Shown: positions 18,120 to 27,071 of the stretch, piece by piece
Layout: every line of letters starts with the position of its first letter
Position numbering within the stretch: position 1 is the first letter of the stretch
IMG/VR virus record: IMGVR_UViG_3300032225_000532
Coordinates: 1 to 48,847 of that record
DNA length: 48,847 nucleotides
Reading direction: 5' to 3' (one strand)
Source: a virus
Lineage: Duplodnaviria; Caudoviricetes
Made by a program: the position numbers and the translations under genes
Notes under the pieces: model-generated
Seen by the model: the letters and a program-made list of their open reading frames with translations, nothing else
Database searches by the model: none
Told to the model about the DNA's origin: nothing

Positions 18120-18252
18120 TGTTTTTCCTTTCAGCTACTGACTTACACCAAGCAACAAAACAATCGATGCAGCAGCATTGCTGACCGTTACGCTTGGCTT
18201 CAAATTCTTTCTTGCAGTGGAGACACTCTTTGATGTCGTATGTCTTTGCCAT
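18112..18252 (-). CDS. Small zinc-finger protein (46 aa)
   Basis: AGGAG RBS; MAKTYDIKECLHCKKEFEAKRNGQQCCCIDC. Confidence 0.7.
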   Translation of the reverse strand: MAKTYDIKECLHCKKEFEAKRNGQQCCCIDCFVAWCKSVAERKNNG

Positions 18253-18540
18253 TTGCTTCTCCTATGATAAACCCCGTGACTCCCTGTCCTTAGCCCGCTT
18301 GGGCGGGCAATACATAATTTCACCCAAAGACCCCCCTTCCCCAGTAAAGAGGACGAGAGGGATTGGTTTCACCGCCTTACGGCATCTGCATGTTAGGTTG
18401 CCCTAACCCCTGTGCTTGCAGCTTAGACCAGCACCACGGATTGTTGAGGGTAGTTGCCCCGCGCCTTTACGCTTACCGTGTAACCCTTTTCTTCCACGCA
18501 GTCAGGTTGAACCCTTGCTAACGGATGGAGTCCGGTCGGA

Positions 18541-18662
18541 GTCGAAAACGAAAAAAGCCGTTACAACTGCACTGGGTCGAAACCTCCGAGTATCCCCAGA
18601 GGCCAATGCATGTGTAACGGCTTTCACTTGTTGCTTTCGACGACAACAACTTCACTATAACA
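18541..18662 (-). promoter_or_regulatory. Extended -10 promoter plus attenuator-like leader of the replication operon
   Basis: TGTTATAGT; short hairpin with loop GTCGAAA; long hairpin AAAGCCGTTACA...TGTAACGGCTTTTTT with TTTCGAC in its loop and again after the U-tract. Confidence 0.6.
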
Positions 18663-18734
18663 TAAACGGCTGGGGACTGCCTTGCAAGGATGGTTCTAGT
18701 ATCGGCGAACCACAATCCCCATGCGTTTAAATTG

Positions 18735-18838
18735 TTGGTGGCTGGCGCTGAACCCCAGCTTGCTGGCTTTCAAACAGTGATTCCATTAAGGCCTGTATCC
18801 AGCAGGTCATCTTGCGTATCAGCCTACGCATTCACCAA
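18735..18838 (-). ncRNA. C4-antisense-like three-way-junction RNA
   Basis: TTGGTGAATGCGTAGGCTGATACGCA...GCTGG..CCAGC...GCTGGGGTTCAGCGCCAGCCACCAA; closing TTGGTG/CACCAA stem; TATGAT just upstream; family assignment from memory. Confidence 0.6.
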
Positions 18839-18945
18839 CCCCACAATCATACAACGGGATGCGAACAGTTGGGTAGGGACTTACCCTAGCTCAGGTTTAA
18901 ATGTACAATGCACCTGCCCCGTCCTCCCCGGGGTCATTTGCTTCT

Positions 18946-19389
18946 CTATTTGCCCCGCTCGGCTAACCCCTTGCGGGGCTTCTTTTTTGGCGCTACCTCA
19001 GGGATGCAGGAGACCTCTATCTCTGCCCTTGGGGACTCAGGGTCAAGATGCCAATACGTATGGCGCTCTTTGACCTGACGGTCGTTCTCATAGACCACAC
19101 CCTGCATCAAGTCCAAGATAAGACTTTCATCCAAATCAGGACGGCGTGATGCGTAGTAGATGTGCATCGTGATGGCTAAATCCCCTGTCAGTAGTGGGGT
19201 TATTGGCTCCCATTGTTGCAGGAAAACTTCCTTGTAGCTGAGGGCTTTCTTGCTCTTTATCAGACGAGACATCCCTCCGAAGTGGACGAGACGGCGACTG
19301 TTAGATTTTGACGCAGGTTCGCCAAAAATAATTTTTGATAGTGCTTGATTTTTTGTTATACAATCACTATCATTAGAGTCAGGGAACAT
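18946..19389 (-). CDS. RusA-like Holliday junction resolvase (start uncertain)
   Basis: GEPASKSNSRR...RRPDLD...ILDLMQGVVYENDRQV...PRAEI. Confidence 0.85.
   Translation of the reverse strand: MFPDSNDSDCITKNQALSKIIFGEPASKSNSRRLVHFGGMSRLIKSKKALSYKEVFLQQWEPITPLLTGDLAITMHIYYASRRPDLDESLILDLMQGVVYENDRQVKERHTYWHLDPESPRAEIEVSCIPEVAPKKKPRKGLAERGK
19345..19373 (+). promoter_or_regulatory. sigma70 promoter for the recombination operon
   Basis: TTGATT-N17-TATCAT, 35 bp upstream of the ATG at 19409. Confidence 0.6.
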
Positions 19390-19408
19390 AAACCACCTTG
19401 GAGAAGCA

Positions 19409-20272
19409 ATGAAGATTACCAACAAACACAATTTACCTGAAGCTATCGTGAGGGCTCTCTCTAGAGATGACTACACGAAAGGCGCAAGCGAGTATAGCGT
19501 GACGGGTCTATTGACCCCTCCTCAAGTCTCACTGTTACGCGAACAGTACAGAGGCGAGATGGAGATGGATGTGGCAGACAAGATGTTCACCATGATGGGA
19601 ACTGCCATGCACAAGGTCTTGGAAGAGGCCGACATGCCTGAGAACTGCATCTCTGAAGAGCGTCTTTTTGCCAAAGTGGATGGAACCACCCTCAGTGGGG
19701 CAATCGACATCCAAGAGCAGACCTCAGAAGGCGTGATTATTTGGGACTACAAGGTCACCTCTGTGTGGTCTGTGATGAACGAGAAGGTTGAGTGGGTTGA
19801 GCAACTCAACATGTACAAGTGGCTGGTAGAGACCGTCAAACAGCGCAACGTCAAGGCCCTGAAGATTTGTGCGTTCCTGCGTGACTGGTCAAACAACGGG
19901 CGCGGTGAGAACTACCCTGATTCATCCATCGTTGTGGTTGATATCCCCATGTGGTCTGCAACGCAATGCGAGACCTTTGTAAGAGACCGTTTAAACGTAC
20001 ACCGTATGGCTAAGGCCACGGTTGCTTTCGGAGATGACCTGCCACGGTGCTCCGACCAAGAACGCTGGATGTCGGAGACGACATTTGCCGTAAAGAGAGA
20101 GGGTCGCAAGACTGCGATTCGTGTATTAACCGATGCAGATGAAGCCAAAGAGATGGCAGTAAAGGAAAACGGATATGTTGAAGTCAGACTCGGAGAGCCC
20201 CGCCGCTGTGTTGGGGACTATTGCGGGGTTAGCAAGTGGTGCAAGCAATATGAAGGAGAGCGCAATGAATGA
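19409..20272 (+). CDS. PD-(D/E)XK exonuclease (Cas4/RecB-like)
   Basis: 287 aa; GTAMH, E, GAID, WDYK, QLNMY; C-terminal RC..YC...WC cysteines. Confidence 0.85.
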   Translation: MKITNKHNLPEAIVRALSRDDYTKGASEYSVTGLLTPPQVSLLREQYRGEMEMDVADKMFTMMGTAMHKVLEEADMPENCISEERLFAKVDGTTLSGAIDIQEQTSEGVIIWDYKVTSVWSVMNEKVEWVEQLNMYKWLVETVKQRNVKALKICAFLRDWSNNGRGENYPDSSIVVVDIPMWSATQCETFVRDRLNVHRMAKATVAFGDDLPRCSDQERWMSETTFAVKREGRKTAIRVLTDADEAKEMAVKENGYVEVRLGEPRRCVGDYCGVSKWCKQYEGERNE

Positions 20273-20969
20273 CTATGTATTAGGCCCAGTTGACCTACTC
20301 AAGTGGAACGTCAACGAGTACACCGAGAAGAAGAACGGTCTGACCTACCTGTCATGGGCAGGTGCATGGGGTGAGGCATTGAAGGCTGACCCTGCGGTCA
20401 ACTTCAAGGTCGAGATGTTTGACGGTACACCGCTGATGATGGTCGGTGGTTCTTTCATGGTGTGGGTGACCGTCACCATGTTTGGCAAACCCGTGACCTG
20501 CATGCTGCCTGTGCTGGACTACCGCAACAAGCCCATCACTACACCCAACGCATTTGATGTAAACACATCAATCATGCGCTGCCTTGTCAAGGCTATTGCC
20601 ATGCATGGTTTGGGCCTGTACATCTACGCTGGGGAAGGCGCACCGGAGGATGATGGGGCTACCCCTGAGCCTGAGAAAGTTGAGGCTGTGAAGGTTGAGC
20701 CCAAGCCTGTCGTGAAGAAGGTGGAGCGCAAGCCTAAGCCTGACGAGGTCACTGAGTGGGACAACAGTGATGCGTCCCGTCAATTATTTGCAGACGGGAT
20801 GATTGAGTACACACACATCTGCCAGTCACTGGAGCAGTTGCAAGGTTTTTGGGGCAAGAATCATCTACAGCTTGACTCATTAAAGCAAACACACCCTGAG
20901 CTTTACAAACGGGTGCTTACCAAGTTCTCTGAACTCAAACAATCTCTCATCAAAAAGGATAACGAATGA
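20265..20969 (+). CDS. Single-strand annealing protein (Sak3/DUF1071, Rad52-like)
   Basis: 234 aa from MNDYV; LTYLSWAGAW, LPVLDYRNK, MRCLVKAIAMHGLGLYIYAGE. Confidence 0.85.
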   Translation: MNDYVLGPVDLLKWNVNEYTEKKNGLTYLSWAGAWGEALKADPAVNFKVEMFDGTPLMMVGGSFMVWVTVTMFGKPVTCMLPVLDYRNKPITTPNAFDVNTSIMRCLVKAIAMHGLGLYIYAGEGAPEDDGATPEPEKVEAVKVEPKPVVKKVERKPKPDEVTEWDNSDASRQLFADGMIEYTHICQSLEQLQGFWGKNHLQLDSLKQTHPELYKRVLTKFSELKQSLIKKDNE

Positions 20970-21262
20970 AATACGACACACCGTATCAAGCAAAGCCCGA
21001 TTCGGGAACATTGAAAGCAACCCTCAGCAAGGGAAAAGAATCAGCGCCTGACTACTGGGGTGACCTTCACATCAACATGGATGACATGACTGCCATCAAG
21101 ATGGAGAACGGCCTGACTGTGGTCAAGCTGAGTGGATGGAAGCGCATTGACAAGAACGGCAAGACCTACCTGTCTTTGTCTGTTAACCGCTGGGTTCCAC
21201 AAGACCAGCCAGCACCGGCTCCACAAGAGCCTGATTTCCCCGAAGAAGATTTGCCGTTTTGA
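20966..21262 (+). CDS. ssDNA-binding protein (OB-fold, DUF736-like)
   Basis: 98 aa; PDYWG, LSGWK, YLSLSV; acidic EEDLPF tip like SSB. Confidence 0.75.
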   Translation: MKYDTPYQAKPDSGTLKATLSKGKESAPDYWGDLHINMDDMTAIKMENGLTVVKLSGWKRIDKNGKTYLSLSVNRWVPQDQPAPAPQEPDFPEEDLPF

Positions 21263-21267
21263 GGTTG

Positions 21268-21639
21268 ATGAGAAGTTTAAACGCTTCTCATATTGACTTC
21301 AATGGGTTTGCTGGAATCATACCCAGTAACCCCAAGTTTCTTCCATCAGATTTGGACATGATTCTTGAGAGAAGAGATTGTTTTTTAGTCGGTGAGTGGA
21401 AGCGTAGCGGTGAGGAGATGAGTTATGGGCAGTTGATGCTACTGAAAAGTTTAGCTAGGCAGTCCCAATTCATAGTACTAATCATCTCAGGTAACACTGA
21501 TGATGAGACCATAGTGACCGACGTAAGGTGGGTTACTCCAAGAGGAAGACTCCAGTTAATTGGGTCTTCATTTGATGATTTGAAAAATATTATCGCCCGT
21601 TGGTATAAATGGGCAGAAGGAAATAAAGATGTCTTTTGA
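21268..21639 (+). CDS. Small PD-(D/E)XK-like nuclease
   Basis: 123 aa; PSDLD...LVGEWK...GQ motif. Confidence 0.6.
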   Translation: MRSLNASHIDFNGFAGIIPSNPKFLPSDLDMILERRDCFLVGEWKRSGEEMSYGQLMLLKSLARQSQFIVLIISGNTDDETIVTDVRWVTPRGRLQLIGSSFDDLKNIIARWYKWAEGNKDVF

Positions 21640-21943
21640 AAATACCCCTGAGCAAGCTGCAACCCCTGAAGTGGCTGCGCCCGTTAAGAAGCGTGGTCGT
21701 CCCGCTGGAGCTAAGAACAAGAAAACATTAGCTAAGAAGACCAAAGCGGTTGGTCGTCCTGTATCCAATCCATCCCGTTTAAAGGCTAAACTTGAGTCTG
21801 CAAATGCCAGAGTTGGTCTTTTGCGAGATGCGCTTGTGCGGTCAGATGAACGTTACCACACTGATATGGCTGGTATGCAAGCAATCATCAGCTATCTTGA
21901 GTCCAACCTCAAAGAGGCTTGGAAAGATGCCGCTTCAGTTTGA
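21629..21943 (+). CDS. AT-hook/coiled-coil protein
   Basis: 104 aa; KKRGRPAG and VGRP. Confidence 0.7.
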   Translation: MSFENTPEQAATPEVAAPVKKRGRPAGAKNKKTLAKKTKAVGRPVSNPSRLKAKLESANARVGLLRDALVRSDERYHTDMAGMQAIISYLESNLKEAWKDAASV

Positions 21944-22343
21944 ATGCCGGAAGGTGGCGTTGAAGCAAGACCGTACAGGTTTTGTTTTGACGCTGGCCTT
22001 GCACCCCGATGAAATCCCTGAGGAGCTTCTTAGAGATTTCGTTGGGTCACGATACGCCTGTGTGATGGTTCGTCTGCAAGATGACGAATCACCCACAGAG
22101 TACGTCAATCGTGTACAGCAAGCTGGAATGCTGTGCCGACTGCCTGAGTTTCAGCAGTTTATGACTGAGTCTTATGGCAACAACAAGCAACCTCTGACAG
22201 AAGACCAAACAGCTACTTTGCTATGCAATCTCTGCGATATCCAATCCCGCACGGAATTGAATGGCAGTGTAAACGCCAAGCAACTGTTTGATGACCTTAT
22301 GTCTGAATATAAAGAATGGAAACTTAATGCAACACCCTTCTAA
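21927..22343 (+). CDS. Hypothetical protein
   Basis: 138 aa from MPLQF; overlaps both neighbours. Confidence 0.75.
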   Translation: MPLQFECRKVALKQDRTGFVLTLALHPDEIPEELLRDFVGSRYACVMVRLQDDESPTEYVNRVQQAGMLCRLPEFQQFMTESYGNNKQPLTEDQTATLLCNLCDIQSRTELNGSVNAKQLFDDLMSEYKEWKLNATPF

Positions 22344-22629
22344 GAAGAAGCTGATGCCCTTTATGACATACCTTGAAGAGGACGAGCACAAGCGGCTGAA
22401 GAAGTTTGCCAAGTCCAAGAAGATGACGATGGCTGCGGTGGTACGAGAGGGCATTGTGATGCGCCTTAACGGAGACGAGCAGCCATACCTGTGTGGGTTC
22501 AACGATGGACTCACTCAGGCTGACATTCTTGTCAAGGCTCTTCCCGCTGCTCAGATGCGATTTCCTAGCGGTCAATCGTTCAGTGACTTGATAGCCTCTG
22601 AGTTGTTTAAACATACCATGAAAGTGTAG
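22327..22629 (+). CDS. Ribbon-helix-helix-like DNA-binding protein
   Basis: 100 aa; FMTYLEEDEHKRLKKFAKSKKMTMAAVVREGI. Confidence 0.65.
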   Translation: MQHPSKKKLMPFMTYLEEDEHKRLKKFAKSKKMTMAAVVREGIVMRLNGDEQPYLCGFNDGLTQADILVKALPAAQMRFPSGQSFSDLIASELFKHTMKV

Positions 22630-22631
22630 CC

Positions 22632-22868
22632 ATGAAGATTCTGACCGGAAGACGCAACCAGTGCCAAGGCTGTAAAGCCTACTTCAACAGTGATACACCG
22701 TTTGACATGCACCGAACGGGAGACCACGGAGTAAACCGCCGGTGCAGAACTCCAGAGGAAATGCTGGGTCTGGGAATGAGTGTAAACGCAGACGGATTTT
22801 GGATAAGCAAGAAACGCCAAGATGACTCTTGGACATCCAAGGAGGCAGAAGATGAAATTACTAGCTGA
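22632..22868 (+). CDS. Zinc-binding protein (CxxC...FDxHR)
   Basis: 78 aa; CQGC...FDMHRTG...RRC. Confidence 0.75.
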   Translation: MKILTGRRNQCQGCKAYFNSDTPFDMHRTGDHGVNRRCRTPEEMLGLGMSVNADGFWISKKRQDDSWTSKEAEDEITS

Positions 22869-22989
22869 CCTGTTTGCCCTGATTGGGCTGTGCTCCACCA
22901 TCATCGTAGCGGGGTTTTACATGGGCTATGCCACCTATCAACCTAAGTGCCACACCGTGGCATCTATGTTCACCAAGGAGTGCAAATGA
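22852..22989 (+). CDS. Small membrane protein (45 aa)
   Basis: GGAGG RBS; LFALIGLCSTIIVAGFYMGY. Confidence 0.6.
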   Translation: MKLLADLFALIGLCSTIIVAGFYMGYATYQPKCHTVASMFTKECK

Positions 22990-23249
22990 AATTTCCTGAA
23001 CATAAATGCGGTCTGTACTTGTCGCACAACCCACACCGTGATGTGTATGAGAAGCCTAAAGAGTATTACCACGCCGAGTTTTTCATCTCCCCTGAAGACA
23101 TGCAGAAGTGCATTGAAACCGATGATGTATGGGAGTTGCAGTGGTATCCCGACACGCCTATTGGTTTCCACCGAGTGGCTGGCTCATCGCTTGAGTTGGT
23201 GATGGCGGAAGCATTAAGAATTGAAGCTGAGAACAAGGAGTGCAGATGA
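22986..23249 (+). CDS. Hypothetical protein
   Basis: 87 aa from MKFPE; AGGAG RBS; WELQWYPDTPIG. Confidence 0.75.
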   Translation: MKFPEHKCGLYLSHNPHRDVYEKPKEYYHAEFFISPEDMQKCIETDDVWELQWYPDTPIGFHRVAGSSLELVMAEALRIEAENKECR

Positions 23250-23440
23250 TTGGCGCATTTAAACGACTGATGACCACTCCATCCCCGCTGGAGATGGCAG
23301 CGCGAGAACTGGTGCAAGCGCAGCGGGCCAAGCTAGAGGCCGAGTCTGCGCGGGAGTACGCCCATGCAATGGTTTGCTACAACGCAGACCGCATTTTGCG
23401 GTTGCAGGAACGCCTCAACGAAATGAAAGAGCAAGCATGA
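23246..23440 (+). CDS. Hypothetical coiled-coil protein
   Basis: 64 aa; AGGAG RBS; ATGA-coupled. Confidence 0.75.
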   Translation: MIGAFKRLMTTPSPLEMAARELVQAQRAKLEAESAREYAHAMVCYNADRILRLQERLNEMKEQA

Positions 23441-23823
23441 AAGCATTAAAAATTACACTCGCACTGATGGCTGTTGGCTATCTAGTGTCAGGCTGCAATT
23501 CAGCAGCAGACGTTGCATCTCGCAATCTATCCAAGGCAGCAGACAGCTTTGAGGTGACGCGCCGCATTGTGTTCTACAACGGCATCACGGGTGACTACAT
23601 GCTGACTGTAGAAGGTCTGTGTTCCTTGGGCAACTACGACAAGAACCGCGAACTGTCCATCACCTGCAAAGTTGGCCCTGATGCGTACAAGAAGCACTTT
23701 CTCGGACTGTCTGACAACGTGACTTACTTCGTTGAGCAGATGGAGCCAAGCAAGGCCAGCGTCTACCACTACCGCGTGATATTTAAACCATCCACCATCC
23801 TCCCCAACATCGACATGCAATAA
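23437..23823 (+). CDS. Putative lipoprotein
   Basis: 128 aa; signal peptide with lipobox-like VSGC; RRIVFYNGIT, KKHFLGLSDNV. Confidence 0.8.
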   Translation: MKALKITLALMAVGYLVSGCNSAADVASRNLSKAADSFEVTRRIVFYNGITGDYMLTVEGLCSLGNYDKNRELSITCKVGPDAYKKHFLGLSDNVTYFVEQMEPSKASVYHYRVIFKPSTILPNIDMQ

Positions 23824-23832
23824 GGAGCAAGC

Positions 23833-24048
23833 ATGAAAGAAGACACCACAACCATCGACCCCACATGGATGCAAAAGACAGGCGGCTATGCAAAGGATAT
23901 GACTTTGCGTGACCACTACGTTGGGCTGGTTATACAGAGTTTTATTTATTATGCCGGTGCAAAAGGGATTTACCTTCCGACAGACCAAGAACTTACAAGC
24001 GAAGCGTATTGTTTGGCAAACGCAATGCTGAAGGCGAGAGAAAAATGA
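23833..24048 (+). CDS. Hypothetical protein (MTLRD type)
   Basis: 71 aa; MTLRDHY...AY.LANAMLKARE. Confidence 0.8.
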   Translation: MKEDTTTIDPTWMQKTGGYAKDMTLRDHYVGLVIQSFIYYAGAKGIYLPTDQELTSEAYCLANAMLKAREK

Positions 24049-24158
24049 ACGAAGAAGATGAAGACTTGATGGTTACGTTATTTTTTGTAGCGTTCGTTAT
24101 CTTCATTTTGTTTTTTGTTGGCATTGGATTAGTTGCATTTATATGGAGTTTGTTATGA
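24045..24158 (+). CDS. Small single-TM protein (37 aa)
   Basis: ATGA-coupled on both sides; long hydrophobic run. Confidence 0.6.
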   Translation: MNEEDEDLMVTLFFVAFVIFILFFVGIGLVAFIWSLL

Positions 24159-24505
24159 AGACACCTGAAGACGAAGCGTTTGAAGAAATTGAGCGTAGAC
24201 AAGGCGGCTTCCAAGCCAAGCGGCAGATGGTTGCGGACAAGTTGCATTGGTCAGACTGTGCGGTACATAACGGGCCAGCGTACCCTGCGGGGCCGTGTGA
24301 TTGCGGCGTAGCGCAGGAGCCGCCATCGGAATGGGCGGGCATCAAAGCAATACTTGATGAGTACGGGTTGCAAGCCATTGACTTTGTGGCTGACTTCAAA
24401 GCAGCACTAGCTGGGCGGGAGTGGAACTTCTGCGAACGCTGCGGCAAGCGCACAAAGGACTTGACCGTTATCCATACCTGCACACCACCACAGGAGGGGG
24501 CATGA
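24155..24505 (+). CDS. Hypothetical mosaic protein with Cys/His motifs
   Basis: 116 aa; HWSDCAVHN..GPCDC and FCERCG...IHTC. Confidence 0.75.
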   Translation: MKTPEDEAFEEIERRQGGFQAKRQMVADKLHWSDCAVHNGPAYPAGPCDCGVAQEPPSEWAGIKAILDEYGLQAIDFVADFKAALAGREWNFCERCGKRTKDLTVIHTCTPPQEGA

Positions 24506-24756
24506 CTGCCGCACTTGACCGAGCCGTGGCAAATGCACTGGGACTTAAAAGCGTAAACAACTGTGAACAATGGAGCAAAACAATGATTGAAGATGATGAC
24601 GATATACAGGTCTACAAGAAGCCGTGGGTAGGGCTGACGGATGAGGAGACTCAAGCCTATTGGGACTGGGAAGATTGGCAGACAGGGGCTGGGCGTTCAA
24701 CCATATTGGAAATGGTTAGGGACATTGAAGCTAAGCTGAAGGAGAAGAACACATGA
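24502..24756 (+). CDS. Hypothetical protein (WVGLTDEE type)
   Basis: 84 aa; KPWVGLTDEE...IEAKLKEKN. Confidence 0.7.
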   Translation: MTAALDRAVANALGLKSVNNCEQWSKTMIEDDDDIQVYKKPWVGLTDEETQAYWDWEDWQTGAGRSTILEMVRDIEAKLKEKNT

Positions 24757-24923
24757 AGCTATATGACGTGCCAAGAAACAGCATGATTGTGCTAAGCAAT
24801 GGGCTGGAGTTGAAGTTCCATCACATCGACGGGATGTACAGCGTGTGTACAGACGAAGATGGCAATGTGTACCACATCGGTGCATCCGAAGAAGTTAACG
24901 TTAAACCAAAGGAAGAAACATGA
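24753..24923 (+). CDS. Hypothetical protein (56 aa)
   Basis: MKLYDVPRNS...FHHIDGMYS; ATGA-coupled. Confidence 0.7.
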   Translation: MKLYDVPRNSMIVLSNGLELKFHHIDGMYSVCTDEDGNVYHIGASEEVNVKPKEET

Positions 24924-25102
24924 GCAAGCGAGATTTGGCTTTAGATAGCCTGACAAAGATATGCGACATCCAGCAGCGGCTGATTAACCAGCTAATTGCA
25001 ATGGAGCAAAACTCTTATGCAAGAGGGTATGAAGATGGCATGGTGGCGCAGGCCGAGGTAGATATAGCTTTAAACGAAATAAGGGTGCAGAATGAAGATT
25101 AG
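24920..25102 (+). CDS. Hypothetical protein
   Basis: 60 aa; ATGA-coupled. Confidence 0.7.
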   Translation: MSKRDLALDSLTKICDIQQRLINQLIAMEQNSYARGYEDGMVAQAEVDIALNEIRVQNED

Positions 25103-25286
25103 CGCAACCTTTGATGATGCAGAAGAAGCCATCAAGTCTATTCACTCGGGCTATGCTTGGCAGGCTTTGAATGAAATAAATGAGGTGCTTCGTCAGCACA
25201 AAAAATATGACCTGCCTTTTGAGCAGGTCATAGAGAAGATTCAGGCATCTGTTCAGGATGCCATGCTGATGATTTACCCAAATTAA
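25092..25286 (+). CDS. Hypothetical protein
   Basis: 64 aa; converges on the inverted cassette. Confidence 0.7.
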   Translation: MKISATFDDAEEAIKSIHSGYAWQALNEINEVLRQHKKYDLPFEQVIEKIQASVQDAMLMIYPN

Positions 25287-25525
25287 GCTTCTTCAGCTTC
25301 CTCTTCATCTTCTTCGTCTTCAGACTCTTCTTCAACCAAGAGCCACTCGTTGGTCTCTTCGTTGAGCCAGTACCATGCGTCATACTCTTCGTCGTACCAG
25401 CAGTAGCATTCTGCGTCCTCGTCATAGAAGTATTCTTCATTTTCATCAAAGCAGTCAACGAACGCTTCAAACTCGTCGTCTTCCATTGCGGCGTAGTTGC
25501 TAAAAATCATCATAAACTTGTACAT
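25283..25525 (-). CDS. Extremely acidic, aromatic-rich small protein
   Basis: 80 aa from MYKF (AGGAG RBS); 34 D/E, one K, no R. Confidence 0.75.
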   Translation of the reverse strand: MYKFMMIFSNYAAMEDDEFEAFVDCFDENEEYFYDEDAECYCWYDEEYDAWYWLNEETNEWLLVEEESEDEEDEEEAEEA

Positions 25526-25535
25526 GAGAAAACTC

Positions 25536-26504
25536 CTATAGGTTGATAACTTGTCCACGAAACTCAACCTGAGTCTCGCTCCACTTGTGAACTAGCTCAG
25601 GCCACAAAAGCTTACCATCCTTGAATGTCAGAACCGCAAACCCAGACCGGTGGTTCAGCGGGTTACCCTCGCCATAATCAAACTGCGGGCCATAGGGTTC
25701 TGCTAGGGTTCCAGTGTCTACACCATATCTGTTACCGTTGTAATCGGCAAATGGCGTGACCTTCAGCGAGTGTAGATGACCGGTAACAATACTGATTCCT
25801 GCATTGACCGTGTTGTTGTGTGCTGCGTGAATACCAGACCTGTATCGATGCTTAACGATGCATTGGCTTGTGGGCAAAACCGACCAAGCAAACTCCCATG
25901 CAGGAAGGTGGTCTTGTAGTTTAAACCCTTGAACGTCTCGATACTGCGGGGCCTGTGAAGCTAGTTTGTTGGCGAATCTGGTGTCATGGTTACCCCATGT
26001 AAACAACAGCTTTGCATTGTGGCGGGCTTTTTTGGCAGCTTCTTCAATTTCACCCAAGTGGGTTTGCACTGCCTTCAACTCTTCTATGACGGTTGGTGTC
26101 TTTGACCAGCCCAGCGGGTCATGCCTACTAATACTGGCCCCATCAAATGCATCTCCGTTACTTATGACCACATGAGGTTTCAATTCCTTGATTGCCCACA
26201 GCAAACCCTTGTAAGCGGTGGTGTATTCTCCGGGCCAAAAATGCGCATCACTGAAGACGATGACGGTTTGGTTCAGTATGCCAAGCTCAATCTTGTTGAG
26301 TGATGTTTGGATGGGCTGAACATTTGAATATGCCTGTGACCTGTTATCCAAACTGATGAGCGGTTGATTTGTGTCTTGCTCAATCCTTCGCCTGCGATTG
26401 AGGACAGAGCGCTCAGAAACATCTAAACATTTTGCTACCTTTGAAGCAGAGCCAAAACGGCTCCAGATGTTGATGAACTCTTCTCTGGAAACTTTAGCCT
26501 GCAT
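25536..26504 (-). CDS. Calcineurin-like metallophosphoesterase with N-terminal HTH
   Basis: 322 aa from MQAKV (GGAG RBS); SDAH, GDAFD, GNHD, GHLH motifs. Confidence 0.9.
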   Translation of the reverse strand: MQAKVSREEFINIWSRFGSASKVAKCLDVSERSVLNRRRRIEQDTNQPLISLDNRSQAYSNVQPIQTSLNKIELGILNQTVIVFSDAHFWPGEYTTAYKGLLWAIKELKPHVVISNGDAFDGASISRHDPLGWSKTPTVIEELKAVQTHLGEIEEAAKKARHNAKLLFTWGNHDTRFANKLASQAPQYRDVQGFKLQDHLPAWEFAWSVLPTSQCIVKHRYRSGIHAAHNNTVNAGISIVTGHLHSLKVTPFADYNGNRYGVDTGTLAEPYGPQFDYGEGNPLNHRSGFAVLTFKDGKLLWPELVHKWSETQVEFRGQVINL

Positions 26505-26662
26505 AACGACTCCAAAAAGTTTGGCGGAATCTAACATCATTTTGTGTTAATTTTATGAAAGTTTATTTTGTTTGTGAAGAAGATATGGTGTCAATTTTAT
26601 AAATTGTCATCATGCAGAAATCAATGGTTTCTCATGGACAATGCAGTCACAGGAGAACGCAA

Positions 26663-26869
26663 ATGATTGATGATAAAGAACAGATAGACAGGATGAAGAA
26701 GGCTTTGGCTGAGGCTATGAAGCGGGTTCCTGTTTCTGTGATTGGCGGCAGCTACCAGCGGGCTGTTCAGTACAAGTCTGACTATCTCAAGGCACAGAAG
26801 ATTCTCAAGAAAAAAACCCCGAAGATTAACGAACTAGGATGGGCGATTACCGCCATGAACCATGACTGA
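26663..26869 (+). CDS. Hypothetical protein
   Basis: 68 aa; AGGAG RBS. Confidence 0.7.
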   Translation: MIDDKEQIDRMKKALAEAMKRVPVSVIGGSYQRAVQYKSDYLKAQKILKKKTPKINELGWAITAMNHD

Positions 26870-27071
26870 ACAAATTATTGACTACGCACTTCCTTGCATG
26901 AGAGCAGAGCAAGGTTTAAAGGATGCCCATAACGCATTCCTTGAACAAGACTTAGACAAGGCTCTCACCTGCACGATGGAAGCAATCATCAACGCACGGC
27001 TGATGTATGCAGCTTTGCGCCATGTCAAGGAAAAATCAAACACAACCTATGGGAATACTAGCCATGCTTGA
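26862..27071 (+). CDS. Hypothetical protein
   Basis: 69 aa; IIDYA.PCM.AE. Confidence 0.75.
   Translation: MTEQIIDYALPCMRAEQGLKDAHNAFLEQDLDKALTCTMEAIINARLMYAALRHVKEKSNTTYGNTSHA

Noticed and set aside
18735-18838. tRNA gene
   Set aside because: It has a closing stem and an ACCA-like end, but no canonical T-loop or anticodon arm; it fits a C4-like RNA better.
19409-20272. Cas4-like nuclease as part of a CRISPR system
   Set aside because: No repeat-spacer array or other cas genes; it sits with SSAP and SSB as a recombination exonuclease.
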